From Phycisphaerales bacterium (GTDB taxonomy: Bacteria > Planctomycetota > Phycisphaerae > Phycisphaerales > SM1A02): a stretch of DNA of 49,622 nt. Every line of letters starts with the position of its first letter. Within the stretch, counting starts at the first letter, position 1. Below, in pieces: positions 24,804-34,608 of this stretch. Both the position numbers and the translations under genes were made by a program. The stretch spans positions 1 through 49,622 of the forward strand of contig JBIKXP010000001.1 of the NCBI GenBank assembly GCA_044355685.1, in the 5' to 3' direction. Below the pieces are notes generated by a model, which saw only the letters and a program-made list of their open reading frames with translations, had not been told where the DNA came from and made no database searches.

Positions 24804-25672
24804 ACCCCGTGTTTGATGCTGTTCGTTCGGGCGAACTCGACAAGGCGCTCGCGCTTTCGGAGAACGGCGTTCGCGAGAATCCGTCGTGCCCCCTCGCGCG
24901 CGGCCTCCTCGCCGACATCCTCATGATTCGAGGCGATTTCGAGCGCGCCGAGACCCACCTTGGCGCCGTGCTTCGCTTCGATCCGTCGCAGCAGCGCGAG
25001 ATCGACTCGCTGATGCAGTTGCTGCGCGCCGAGTGCGATCGTCAGCAGGTGTTCGCAGAGGGTCGAACGCCGGAGTTCCTGACGCCGCCCACCGAAAGCA
25101 TGAAGCTCCGGCTCGGCGCGCTTGCGAACATCCGCAGCGGCGACGCGGCGACCGCGCACGGCATGCTGGCGGAGGCGCAGCGCATCGAGCCCGAGTACGT
25201 CGCCATCGCCAACGCCGGCGAACCCGCGCCGTTCCTCGACTGGGACGCGCGCTTCGGCGCCACGCTCGAGGCCCTGAGCGCGACCGGCAAGTACTACTGG
25301 ATTCCGCTCTCCTCGGTCCTGAGCATCGAGTTCGCGCCGGTGCGCACCCTGCGCGACCTCGCGTGGCGGAGCGCCGTCGTGACGCTCGGCGACTCGGCGC
25401 GTCCTCCCGTCGCAGACGCCGGTGCCAGTGCCAACGTCGCATTTGTCTTCCTGCCCACGAGATATCCCGGCAGCGAGACGTCGACCGATGGCGCCGTTCG
25501 CGCCGGCGGCGCCACCGAGTGGACTGAGCCGGCGCCCGGTGTCGGCATCGGAGTTGGCCAGCGCGTCTATCTGCACGGCGAGTCGCCGCTCGCAGCGGTC
25601 TCTCTCTCGCACGTCGCGGTCGCCAGCGGCGATGGCGTCGCGTCCGGCGGCGCCGGGAAGGTCGGTCGATGA
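24800..25672 (+). CDS. tagJ: TagJ (ImpE-family) T6SS accessory protein
   Basis: ATG 24800 overlaps the tssC2 stop (ATGA). The N-terminal TPR-like segment (GELDKALALSENGVRENPSCPLARGLLADILMIRGDFERAETHL) is typical of ImpE/SciE. The position before tssE fits. Confidence 0.7.
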   Translation: MNPVFDAVRSGELDKALALSENGVRENPSCPLARGLLADILMIRGDFERAETHLGAVLRFDPSQQREIDSLMQLLRAECDRQQVFAEGRTPEFLTPPTESMKLRLGALANIRSGDAATAHGMLAEAQRIEPEYVAIANAGEPAPFLDWDARFGATLEALSATGKYYWIPLSSVLSIEFAPVRTLRDLAWRSAVVTLGDSARPPVADAGASANVAFVFLPTRYPGSETSTDGAVRAGGATEWTEPAPGVGIGVGQRVYLHGESPLAAVSLSHVAVASGDGVASGGAGKVGR

Positions 25673-26151
25673 TGGATGGCCGTGGGCTCACCCTCATGCA
25701 GCGCCTCTCCGGCAACGCTCGAATGAGCCGCGCGACTCCGGCCGAGGCGCTGACGCTCGCACTCGAGTCGCTCCTGCAGAGCAGGCGCCGACCGCTGCCA
25801 GAGCGCTGGCAGAAGCCAGACACGCGCGAGTCGCCTGGCGTTGGCGCGTCCGTGCTCAACTACGGCATCCCGCCGGTCGAGAACTGGCGCCTCGCCAATG
25901 ACGCCCACCAGAACGCCCTCGCGCGCGAGATCGAGGAGGCGATCGAACGGTTTGAGCCGCGAATTCGCGTGCTCGGCGTCTCGGTGCGCGTGGCCGACGC
26001 CGGCGGCGCCGCGGCCAGCGATGGCACGACGTGGAGCGACCAGATCCTGCTGCGTATCCAAGCCGAGTGGCGGCAGACCGGCGCGCGCGTCGAGGTCGAG
26101 GCCGGGTGGGGCATCGAAGAGCATCGTGTGTGGTTCCGCAGGAAAGAGTGA
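25669..26151 (+). CDS. tssE: TssE (gp25-like baseplate wedge protein)
   Basis: The protein is 160 aa with the GPW_gp25 pattern (SVLNYGIPPVENW...LAREIEEAIERFEPRIRVLGVSV). The start overlaps the tagJ stop. Confidence 0.85.
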   Translation: MMDGRGLTLMQRLSGNARMSRATPAEALTLALESLLQSRRRPLPERWQKPDTRESPGVGASVLNYGIPPVENWRLANDAHQNALAREIEEAIERFEPRIRVLGVSVRVADAGGAAASDGTTWSDQILLRIQAEWRQTGARVEVEAGWGIEEHRVWFRRKE

Positions 26152-26187
26152 CGCGATTTCCCGCAGCGGCGGGTGCACTGGACTCGA

Positions 26188-28194
26188 ATGAACGACTCAC
26201 TTCTCCAGTTCTACAGCGATCAGTTGCACGGTCTGCGCCGCGAGGCGAAGGCATTCGCCGAGCGCTACGCGCTTGCAAGCGAACTTGCGATCGATGAAAA
26301 CGGCGAGTCGCGCGATCCTTCGGTCGAACGTCTGCTGCAGGGCACGGCGTTTCTCGCGGCGCGCGTCGAGAAGCGCCTCGCCGACGACTTCCCCGAGCTG
26401 ACGGAGAGCTTGCTCTCCGTCACGAATCCGATGCAGGTGCAGCCGTACCCGTCGGTGACGATCGTCCAGTTCCAGTTTCCCGTCGACCGGCCCTCGGGCG
26501 AGGAACCCGTGCACATTCCCGCCGGCACGGCGGTCGAGTGCGTGCAGAGCCCGAGCGACGTGAAGCCGCGCTTCGTCACGCGTTGGCCGCTGCATCTGCC
26601 GCGGGTGCGAGTGAGGGAGGCCCAGCTCGGCCCTGCGTTGCGCGTAGGCTCGTTGCGTCCGCGTGCGAGCTCCGACGCGATCAACGAGCTTCGTCTCGTG
26701 ATCGAGCCGCTCAGCATGCAGGCGTCTGCCGACGAGCTGGTCCTGTTCCTGCACAGCCCGGGAAGCAGCACCGCGTTCTCGATGTTCGAACTGCTCGGCG
26801 ATTCGGTCGACCACGTCGCGATCTCCGCGCCCGACGGGACCACGCGCTATCTCGAGGCGGACACGGTCGAGATGTTCGGTCCGGATTGGGACACGCCGCT
26901 GGTGCCGCCGCCGATCGGCGGCGAGGCGCTTCGGCCGTACTCGCTCATGGCCGACCTCGCCGCGCTGCCCGAGAAGTTCCTCTACGTGCAGCTGAAGCCG
27001 AGGGACGGCGCAACGCCGCTGCTGCCGCAGATTCCGCCCGGCACCGGCAAGCGCGAGTGGACCATCGTGATCTACCTGAAGCGCGAGGCGCTGTCGCTGC
27101 ATTCGCGCGTGCAAGCGAGTCTCTTCCAGCTCGGTTGCGTTCCGGCCATCAACCTCTTCCCGATGACGGCGGAGTTCCCGCATCGTTGGACGAGCGTCGA
27201 TCAGCCTGTCGAGCCCGATCGCCAGCGGCGCTCCGCGTACGAAGTGCATTCCGTCCTCGACGTGACGGCGAGCCGCATCGGCGCACCCGACGACCGGGTG
27301 CGCTTCGAGCCGCTCTATCACCCGAGGCAGTCCGAAGCATCCGAACTGATGGACCAGGACGCCGCCGCTTCGGCGCCCGGCGATGCGAACCTGCCGGTCG
27401 TCGGCTACTGGAGCGCCACGCGGCGCGCGTCGGAAGGGCGACACGACTGCGCGCTGGGAACCGACGTGTTCCTCCGCGTGGTCGACCCCGAGCAGTTCCG
27501 CGCGTGGGAGGGCGGGCGCGGCGGCGCGCAGCGCGGCGACGGGCAGTGGGCGATCGCCGCCGACGTGCTTGTCACGAATCGGAACCTCGTGCGCGATCTC
27601 GTGCTCACCAGCAGCGGGCGCTCGATCGAGCTGACGGCGGTCGAGGGCGGAAAGCACCAGCTCTCGATTCGGACGCTTGTCGCGCCGACCGAGCCGGGCC
27701 GTCGGCATCTCGCGGAACTCATGGGCATCGATTCGGGCGACCGGGTCCGTCCGGCATGGCGTGCCATCGCCATGATGAGCGCAAGCCGAATGTGGATGAC
27801 TCGGGCCGGTCGGGACGACCAGGCCACGCGCCGCGCGCTGACGCGCTCGTTCCGCGACCTGCTGCGACTTCACAGTTTCCGCGAGGACCCGCAGCGTGTG
27901 CAGATGAGTTCGCGCCGCATCCAGGGAATCACCGATGTCGAGTTCCTCTCGACGTTCGGCCGCGTCTCGTCCGTCGAGGGCGATCGCCTCTGCCAAGGCC
28001 TCAAGGTTCGCGTGAGCCTGAATGAGGACGAGTTCTCCGATGGCAGCATGTTCCTGTTCGCTGCCGCGCTCGAGCGCATGCTGGGATTCCTCGCGCCGAT
28101 CAACTCGTTCGTGCAGCTCGAGTCGTACTGCAGGCAGCGCGGCGGTTCCTTCGGTCGTTGGCGCAAGCGCGCGGGGGAGATGCTCCTCTCATGA
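26188..28194 (+). CDS. tssF: TssF (ImpG/VasA) baseplate protein
   Basis: The N-terminus (LLQFYSDQLHGLRREAKAFAERY...DPSVERLLQGTAFLAARVEKRLADDFPELTESLL...PYPSVTIVQF) matches the conserved TssF pattern. An alternative GTG start lies at 26173. Confidence 0.85.
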   Translation: MNDSLLQFYSDQLHGLRREAKAFAERYALASELAIDENGESRDPSVERLLQGTAFLAARVEKRLADDFPELTESLLSVTNPMQVQPYPSVTIVQFQFPVDRPSGEEPVHIPAGTAVECVQSPSDVKPRFVTRWPLHLPRVRVREAQLGPALRVGSLRPRASSDAINELRLVIEPLSMQASADELVLFLHSPGSSTAFSMFELLGDSVDHVAISAPDGTTRYLEADTVEMFGPDWDTPLVPPPIGGEALRPYSLMADLAALPEKFLYVQLKPRDGATPLLPQIPPGTGKREWTIVIYLKREALSLHSRVQASLFQLGCVPAINLFPMTAEFPHRWTSVDQPVEPDRQRRSAYEVHSVLDVTASRIGAPDDRVRFEPLYHPRQSEASELMDQDAAASAPGDANLPVVGYWSATRRASEGRHDCALGTDVFLRVVDPEQFRAWEGGRGGAQRGDGQWAIAADVLVTNRNLVRDLVLTSSGRSIELTAVEGGKHQLSIRTLVAPTEPGRRHLAELMGIDSGDRVRPAWRAIAMMSASRMWMTRAGRDDQATRRALTRSFRDLLRLHSFREDPQRVQMSSRRIQGITDVEFLSTFGRVSSVEGDRLCQGLKVRVSLNEDEFSDGSMFLFAAALERMLGFLAPINSFVQLESYCRQRGGSFGRWRKRAGEMLLS

Positions 28195-29315
28195 GCGAGG
28201 CCCTTCAGGGACATCTCCGCCGCAACTCGCGCGAATGGGAGTTCATCCAGGTCGCGCGGGCACTCGAGCGTTTCGACCGCGCGAACCGCGGGCGGCGTCG
28301 TGGGGTCGCTGCGGCACAGCAGTCAAGCGCCCCCGGCGAGATGGCCGCGTCCGCCGAGCCTCCATTGGTGCGCTACCGCACGTCGCCCTCCATGGCGTTC
28401 CCGGTCGGCGAGGTCGCGTCGGTCGATTCGCGCGACGAGAAGGTCGGAACCAGCGGCGAGGTTGCGCGCGTCTGGGACGTCTCCGTGAACTTCATGGGCC
28501 TGCATGGCGCGGTAGGCGCTCTCCCGCGCAGCGATGTCGGCGAAGCGCTCGCCCTCGCCGGGCTGCCGAACAACAAGTCGCTGCTCGCGCTCTACGATCT
28601 TCTCGGCGCGCCCTTCATCCGGCTGTTCGCCGAATCGATGCGCAAGTACCGCGCGCCGCTCCAGTGGGAGCGCGCCGCCGTGGTGGGCGGCGAGGAGTAT
28701 CAGGGTGCGGATCCGCTCGAGTCGACGATGCTCTCCTTGCGCGGAGTCGCAAGCGAAGCGCTGCGCGGATCCGATGGCCCGCGCTTCCAGCTCCGGCAGC
28801 TGATTCGCCTCGGGAGCGCCTTCGCAGCGCCGCATCGATCGGCCGCGGGCCTTGCCGATGTGCTCGAGACGCTCCTTGGAGTTCCGGTCGGCGTCGATCA
28901 GTTCCAGCCCGTCTGGCGCGACATCCCCGAGGAAGACCGTACCCGCATGGGCAACGTCTATGCGCGTCTCGGGCGCAACGCGGTCGCGGGGACGCGCTTC
29001 TGCGACATCGCGTCGGGCGTGTTGCTGACCATCGGTCCCATGGATCTTCCGCTCTTCCTCGCGCTGCTGCCATCGGGCGAGCTGCACGGGAAGGTCGCCG
29101 ACCTCGTCGCCATGTACGCGGGGCATCATCTGCGCGTGCGGCTCAGGCCGGTCCTTCGCAAGGAGGAGGTGCCGACGAGCCGGCTTGGACGTGGCGAGCA
29201 CGCACCCGCGGCGCTCGGACGCAGCTCCTGGCTCGCCGCGCGCGAGAGACACACCGACTTTTCAGAGACCATCGTGCCGCTTTCCGCCTTCGACGAGGAG
29301 GGACGGCGAGCATGA
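28191..29315 (+). CDS. tssG: TssG (ImpH/VasB) baseplate protein
   Basis: ATG 28191 overlaps the tssF stop (ATGA). The N-terminal EWEFIQVARALERF matches the TssG FFQAVRLLE motif, and the position after tssF fits. Confidence 0.8.
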   Translation: MSEALQGHLRRNSREWEFIQVARALERFDRANRGRRRGVAAAQQSSAPGEMAASAEPPLVRYRTSPSMAFPVGEVASVDSRDEKVGTSGEVARVWDVSVNFMGLHGAVGALPRSDVGEALALAGLPNNKSLLALYDLLGAPFIRLFAESMRKYRAPLQWERAAVVGGEEYQGADPLESTMLSLRGVASEALRGSDGPRFQLRQLIRLGSAFAAPHRSAAGLADVLETLLGVPVGVDQFQPVWRDIPEEDRTRMGNVYARLGRNAVAGTRFCDIASGVLLTIGPMDLPLFLALLPSGELHGKVADLVAMYAGHHLRVRLRPVLRKEEVPTSRLGRGEHAPAALGRSSWLAARERHTDFSETIVPLSAFDEEGRRA

Positions 29316-29397
29316 CCGCGCGCCGCGCAGGCGGCGTGCAAGTCGGCGGGAGCCACGGGCCCATCGTCGATCGAGAAGCATCAAGAGGAGCAGTCAG

Positions 29398-32073
29398 ATG
29401 GAAATCGAACCGAATCGTCTCCATGAGCGCCTGAACCCGTCCTGCGTCAACGCCTTCCAGCAGGGCTTCGCGCTCTGCATGACGCGCACGCACTTCTCGC
29501 TGACCCCCGAGCACTGGCTCATCCACCTGCTTGCGATCGAGAAGGGCGACATCGGACTGCTGCTGAAGTTCTTCGAGCTCGACGCGGCCGACCTCGCGCG
29601 TACGCTCGCGCAGCGGCTGTCGCGCCTCAATACGGGAAACGGGAACCCGCCGCAGATCCTCGGCGACGTGGTGCTCTGGATGAAGCAGTCCTGGCTCGCG
29701 GGGTCGCTTCTCTTCCGCGCCAACCGCATTCGCTCCGGACACCTGCTCTACGCGCTCCTCGACGACGACACGCTGCGCGCATCCGCGATCCAGATGTGGC
29801 CGGCGTTCGCGAAGATCGATCGCGCCGAGTTCCGCAAGAGCTTCGCCGACGTGGTCGCCGGGTCCTCCGAAGCGCATGCGGCGGTCGGAGAGGCGGGCGG
29901 CGACGGCGGCGACGGCGACGGCGAGGGCGCGGGCGAGCGTCCTCTCGCCGATGACAGCGCGCTCAAGCGCTTCACGATCGATCTCTGCGCCGAGGCAAAG
30001 GCGGGACGCCTGAGCCCCGTGCGCGGCCGCGACGTCGAGATCCAGCAGATGGTGAAGATCCTGCTGAAGCAGACGGCGAACAATCCGATCATTCTCGGCG
30101 ATCCCGGCGTCGGCAAGACCGCCGTCGTCGAGGGCCTCGCGCAGGCCATCGTCGCAGGCACCATCGATGGCCTCAAGGACGTGTCGCTCCTCTCGCTCGA
30201 CCTGACGCGGCTCCAGGCGGGCGCGAGCATCAAGGGCGAGTTCGAGAACCGCCTGAAGGCGCTCGTCGACGAGGTGAAGTCGTCGCCGAAGCCGATCATC
30301 CTGTTCGTCGACGAGGCGCACACGCTCGTCGGGGCGGGCGGAAAGGAAGGCACGGGCGACGCCGCGAACATCCTGAAGCCGGCGCTCTCGCGCGGTCAGA
30401 TCCGCATGATCGGCGCGACGACCTGGCGCGAGTACCAGCAGTACTTCGTGCAGGATCCGGCGCTGCAGCGCCGCTTCGTCGACGTCAAGATCAAGGAGCC
30501 GGACGACGCAGCCGCGTTCGACATGCTGCAAGGCCTCATCCCCGTCCTCGAGAAGCACCACTCGGTGCGCATCCTCGACGAGGCGGTGCGGTCGGCGATC
30601 GAGCTGTCGCGGCGCTACATCCCGTCGCGCAAGCTGCCCGACAAGGCGCGCGGCCTTCTCGATACCGCGTGCGTCGACGTGCGACTCGCGGGCGGCGGAG
30701 CCAAGCCGGACGCACTCTTCCACGCCGAGCGCCGCTGCGAGAGCACGACGCTCCGCATCACCATGCTCGAGCGCGAGAACCGCGTCACCGGCGCGGGCCA
30801 GGAGGCGATCGATGCGGCGAAGGCCGAGCTCGCGAACGCCGAGAAGGAGCGCGACGCGCTCACCGAGCGGTGGAAGCGCTGCCGCGATCTCGTCGATCAG
30901 ATCCGCGGCATCCAGACCACGCTCGGCCAGACCGAGGCCAGCTCGCAGGCGACCATGCTGCGCGAGGAGCGTGAGCGCCTGCTGGGCGAGCTCGCGAAGG
31001 AGCGCGGCGAGCAGCAGATGATGCCGATCGACGTCGATGCGCCCTCGATCGCGCAGGTCGTCGCGTCGTGGACCGGCATTCCCGCCGGCAAGATGCAGGC
31101 GAGCGAGATGAAGGATCTCCTCAACCTCGCCGACTTCATGAAGAAGAACGTCGTCGGCCAGGATGCGGCGCTCGACGAGATCTCGGGCGTCATCCAGACG
31201 GCGCGACTTGGGTTCGGCACGCCGACCCGTCCGCTCGCCGTCATGCTCTTCCTCGGCACGAGCGGCATCGGCAAGACCGAGACCGCGAAGGCGCTCGCGG
31301 AGTTCCTCTTCGGCACGCCCGACGCGATGATCGTCTTCAACATGTCCGAGTACCAGTCCGAGGGAAGCGTGCAGCAGCTGCTCGGCGCGCCCCCGGGCTT
31401 CGTCGGATTCGACCAGGGCGGCGCGATCACCGAGGCGGTGCGCCAGCGGCCGTACTCGATCGTGCTCCTCGACGAGTTCGAGAAGACCGAGCGCGCGATC
31501 AAGAACGCGTTCTTCCGGGCGTTCGACGAAGGCAAGATCCGCGACGGCGCCGGCGAGGAGTTCGACCTCCGCAACTGCGTCTTCGTCCTCACGAGCAACG
31601 CCGGCAGCGACGAACTGCTCGAGATGTGGAAGGACCCCGCGACGCGTCCGCCGCGCAAGGGCCTCGTCGACGCGCTGCGCAAGCATCTCGGCAAGCACTT
31701 CGATGCGGCGCTCCTCGGTCGCATGGACCGTCTCGTCATCTTCGAGCCGCTCGATGCAGGCGCGATCCGCGGTATCGTCGAGAAGAACCTGCGTGGCCTC
31801 GCGGCCCGCGCCGGGCGGGCGATGAAGACGAAGATCACCTACGGCAAGGAGATCGTCGACCACTTCGCGTCGCGCGCGTTCGACCCGAGCCTTGGCGCGC
31901 GCAACGTGCGTCAGGCGGTCGAGAACGACGTCACGGTGAAGCTGTCGCGCGTCGCGCTCGCGGCGCTCAGCGAGTCGCGCCAGCCAGAGGAGATCCGCAT
32001 CGTGCTCGGCGCCGACGGCGTGATCGGCGTCGAGGAGGTTCGCGCGGCGGCGGAGGCGACGGCGGGCGCCTGA
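29398..32073 (+). CDS. clpV: ClpV (TssH) AAA+ sheath-recycling ATPase
   Basis: ATG 29398 is preceded by AGAGGAG. There are two AAA+ modules with Walker A motifs GDPGVGKT and GTSGIGKT. The Clp/Hsp100 signature reads ILFVDEAHTLVGAG...ANILKPALSRGQIRMIGATT...DPALQRRF. Confidence 0.9.
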   Translation: MEIEPNRLHERLNPSCVNAFQQGFALCMTRTHFSLTPEHWLIHLLAIEKGDIGLLLKFFELDAADLARTLAQRLSRLNTGNGNPPQILGDVVLWMKQSWLAGSLLFRANRIRSGHLLYALLDDDTLRASAIQMWPAFAKIDRAEFRKSFADVVAGSSEAHAAVGEAGGDGGDGDGEGAGERPLADDSALKRFTIDLCAEAKAGRLSPVRGRDVEIQQMVKILLKQTANNPIILGDPGVGKTAVVEGLAQAIVAGTIDGLKDVSLLSLDLTRLQAGASIKGEFENRLKALVDEVKSSPKPIILFVDEAHTLVGAGGKEGTGDAANILKPALSRGQIRMIGATTWREYQQYFVQDPALQRRFVDVKIKEPDDAAAFDMLQGLIPVLEKHHSVRILDEAVRSAIELSRRYIPSRKLPDKARGLLDTACVDVRLAGGGAKPDALFHAERRCESTTLRITMLERENRVTGAGQEAIDAAKAELANAEKERDALTERWKRCRDLVDQIRGIQTTLGQTEASSQATMLREERERLLGELAKERGEQQMMPIDVDAPSIAQVVASWTGIPAGKMQASEMKDLLNLADFMKKNVVGQDAALDEISGVIQTARLGFGTPTRPLAVMLFLGTSGIGKTETAKALAEFLFGTPDAMIVFNMSEYQSEGSVQQLLGAPPGFVGFDQGGAITEAVRQRPYSIVLLDEFEKTERAIKNAFFRAFDEGKIRDGAGEEFDLRNCVFVLTSNAGSDELLEMWKDPATRPPRKGLVDALRKHLGKHFDAALLGRMDRLVIFEPLDAGAIRGIVEKNLRGLAARAGRAMKTKITYGKEIVDHFASRAFDPSLGARNVRQAVENDVTVKLSRVALAALSESRQPEEIRIVLGADGVIGVEEVRAAAEATAGA

Positions 32074-32123
32074 GCGGCGGGAGAGCCGATTCCCAGTCCA
32101 TCACCTTGCATCCGGCGTAGATC

Positions 32124-32612
32124 ATGCTCAACGAGACGCTCACCTTCGAAAGCCTCCGTCCCGCCGATCAGGGCGCGTTCATCGGTACTCCCGAGAAGCG
32201 CGCGCTGCCAGCCGGGTTCAGGCTGTACAAGTTCACCCAGTACGCCGCCCACCGCACCGCGTTCGACGGAGCCGTCACGCCCTGGTGGTCGTCGGTAGAT
32301 CCGCTCGACGCGTCGGACCCGGGGCTCGCGGGAACGCTCGAGCGGGCGGAGCGCGTCGGCAGTTCGCCGAACGAGTTCGCACGGGCGCGCGCTGCGGTCA
32401 CCCTCGAGTGGAACGCGATGACCAATCTGGAGCGCGTGCGGCTGATCAGCCCCGTCTGGGCGTTCGTCGGCCGCTGCCGGACGCAGCGCCTCTCCGTCTC
32501 GACCGACGAGAGGACGGGCGCGATGCTGGCGCCGAATGTCTACCTGATCGGCGGCGCGTGGCAGCTGTTCATCCCGAACCTCTCGTGGGTGGACATCGCG
32601 CTCGATGTGTGA
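32124..32612 (+). CDS. Hypothetical protein (162 aa) at the end of the core operon
   Basis: The ORF has high GC3 and a balanced composition (FRLYKFTQYAAHRTAFDGAVTPWWSS...YLIGGAWQLFIPNL). There is no signal peptide or TM segment, and I recognise no family. The RBS is weak. Confidence 0.55.
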   Translation: MLNETLTFESLRPADQGAFIGTPEKRALPAGFRLYKFTQYAAHRTAFDGAVTPWWSSVDPLDASDPGLAGTLERAERVGSSPNEFARARAAVTLEWNAMTNLERVRLISPVWAFVGRCRTQRLSVSTDERTGAMLAPNVYLIGGAWQLFIPNLSWVDIALDV

Positions 32613-32740
32613 CGGCAGATCGCAGTCGACAGGCGGGTCCATGTACGTGCACTTCGCCGGCTTCGCGGGCTGACGCGCGGTCGTCTCCCGCCTCGCGCGT
32701 GCGATGCGTCGCTTCCCTCGCGACCGCGTGAAGCACCGTC

Positions 32741-33874
32741 CTACCACCAGCTGTGGCCGATGCCCTTCGACATGTCGACGACCGCGAGCTTGACGAGCCA
32801 TTCGTCGGAGATGGTGGCATCGGCGACTCCCGCCGGCTCCTGGATGTTCGTCCGCCCAGGTAGATCGACGTGCGCGGATGTTCGCGCATAGTTCTCGTAG
32901 CCGCCCCGGATGTCGATGTCTACCTGCCCCGCTTCACCGTCGCGCAGGAGGTCGCGAGCGGCGCCTTGCAGGAGCTTCTTCGACACGTCCTTGCCCACTT
33001 TGACGGAGATCGGCACCGCCGCCGACTCGGTGAGCTTCTTGAGCTGGGTCTTGATCGCGTCCCCTCCCGTGCCGGTGGCGGCGGCGGCGGTTCCGACCGC
33101 AAGGGCGACGCCTGGCGAGTCGCCCTTGATGAAGGCCTGCAACGTGTCGCTGACTGCGCTGATGACCACCTTCACGCGATCGACGGCCGCGGGCGCATAG
33201 CCTCCCAGCGCGCTCTTGACGCGAGGAAACACCGGGATCACGGTGCTGATGATGTTGGCGGTGGCCTCGACCGCAGCCACGCCCATGTTGCCCGTGTCCT
33301 GGTACTTGGCCACGGTCTTTATCACGGTACCGCCCGCTCCCACCAGCACGAGCGTGCCCGCGCCCGCCGTGGCTCCGAACGCCGCGGCAGGCGCCGAGGC
33401 GGCTCCGATCAGGATGCTGCCCGAGATGTCTCGGATCCAGCGCGCCGTAGAGACGGCGGTATCAAGCGTGGCGAGGTTGCTCTCGATGGCGGCGAACGAC
33501 TTCTCGCTCGCCTGGCGTGCGAGTTTCGCATAGAGCTCGTTGTAGCGCCGCGTCTCGATCTGGGCGAATCGAAGCCTCTCGACGAGCCGGTCGACGTTCA
33601 ACGAACTCGAGCTGATGTTGTAGAAGATGGGCGCGAGCTCGATGAACGCGTCCTGCCCGGCCTGCTCGACCCGCTTCCAGTCGACGCTCACGTACCACAG
33701 GTCGGGCATGCCGCCGAGAAGCGTCGGCACGTACCACGGCGACTGCGATTCTCGAATCTCCTGCGCGTTCTCGTACTGCAGCCGCGCCCGGTGGTGGGAG
33801 CGGATGATGCCATAGACCGTCTTCCAGTCGATCGAGTACTCCGCGTTTCGGGTCCGAACGAGGCTGTAGGCCAT
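32741..33874 (-). CDS. Hypothetical protein with a Gly/Ala-zipper hydrophobic core; candidate Hcp1-associated membrane-active effector
   Basis: The protein is 377 aa. GAGGTG lies upstream of the ATG, 59 nt downstream of hcp1. The central region has glycine-zipper-like hydrophobic stretches (ILIGAASAPAAAFGATAGAGTLVLVGAGGTVI ; GVAAVEATANIISTVIPVF ; GVALAVGTAAAATGTGG). It has no signal peptide. Confidence 0.6.
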   Translation of the reverse strand: MAYSLVRTRNAEYSIDWKTVYGIIRSHHRARLQYENAQEIRESQSPWYVPTLLGGMPDLWYVSVDWKRVEQAGQDAFIELAPIFYNISSSSLNVDRLVERLRFAQIETRRYNELYAKLARQASEKSFAAIESNLATLDTAVSTARWIRDISGSILIGAASAPAAAFGATAGAGTLVLVGAGGTVIKTVAKYQDTGNMGVAAVEATANIISTVIPVFPRVKSALGGYAPAAVDRVKVVISAVSDTLQAFIKGDSPGVALAVGTAAAATGTGGDAIKTQLKKLTESAAVPISVKVGKDVSKKLLQGAARDLLRDGEAGQVDIDIRGGYENYARTSAHVDLPGRTNIQEPAGVADATISDEWLVKLAVVDMSKGIGHSWW

Positions 33875-33933
33875 GGGTCACCTCATGCGAGTCATCGCGG
33901 CAGGTCGGTTGGGTTCGCGGTCTGCGGTGCGCG

Positions 33934-34422
33934 TCAAGTTCCCACGCCACGCGCATCGTTGCGGGCGATGTGGTAGCCGGCGGTCGACTTGCCCTTCGGA
34001 TCGCCGGTTCTCGGATCGCGCACCGTGTACGAGGCCTCGATGTCCTTGAACCCGAGCTGAATCCTCTCGGACGCAGCAGCGTTCTCCGGCATGAGGATGT
34101 TGTAGGACTTGATCGCGGCGGACTTGAGCTTCAGGACGTAGACGATCTCGTTCTTGCCCTTGATCACCATGGTCGCGTGGAACTCGACGTCGGAGAAGAT
34201 CGTTCCGGCGGCGCAGTGGAACGCGAGCTTCACGCTGGCGCGGTCGAGCCGCCGGACCATCGTGACGTCGGTGAACGACGGAATGCCGAGGCCTTCGCCG
34301 CCCGGCCCTCTGTTCGTCACGCCGAACTCCATCGAGTCGACCTCCATCCAGTCCTTGTGGCCGGCTTCCTCGGATTCGCCTTTGATCCCCTCGATCTGCA
34401 GAAAGTGGCGGTCACCGGGCAC
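33934..34422 (-). CDS. hcp: Hcp (TssD) paralogue 1
   Basis: The Hcp pattern is present (HFLQIEGIKGESEEAGHKDWMEVDSMEFGV...FTDVTMVRRLDRASVKLAFHCAAGT). GTG at 34422 is preceded by AAGGAG with a 6-nt spacer. The ORF-track start at 34500 would add an implausible N-terminal extension. Confidence 0.85.
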   Translation of the reverse strand: MPGDRHFLQIEGIKGESEEAGHKDWMEVDSMEFGVTNRGPGGEGLGIPSFTDVTMVRRLDRASVKLAFHCAAGTIFSDVEFHATMVIKGKNEIVYVLKLKSAAIKSYNILMPENAAASERIQLGFKDIEASYTVRDPRTGDPKGKSTAGYHIARNDARGVGT

Positions 34423-34608
34423 GGCAGGCTCCTTCGTTGGCAGAATCGGTCCGAGACGACGCGGACCACAATCGCAGGATGTCTTTGGCAAGTCAACCAC
34501 CGACCGAACTGAATCTCTGGCCGGAATCCATCGGGTTTCCGGTTGACGAGGCCGCGCGTGCTGCGAAGATCAATGCGACCGCTCGCCGACCGAAGAGATT
34601 GGAAATCC

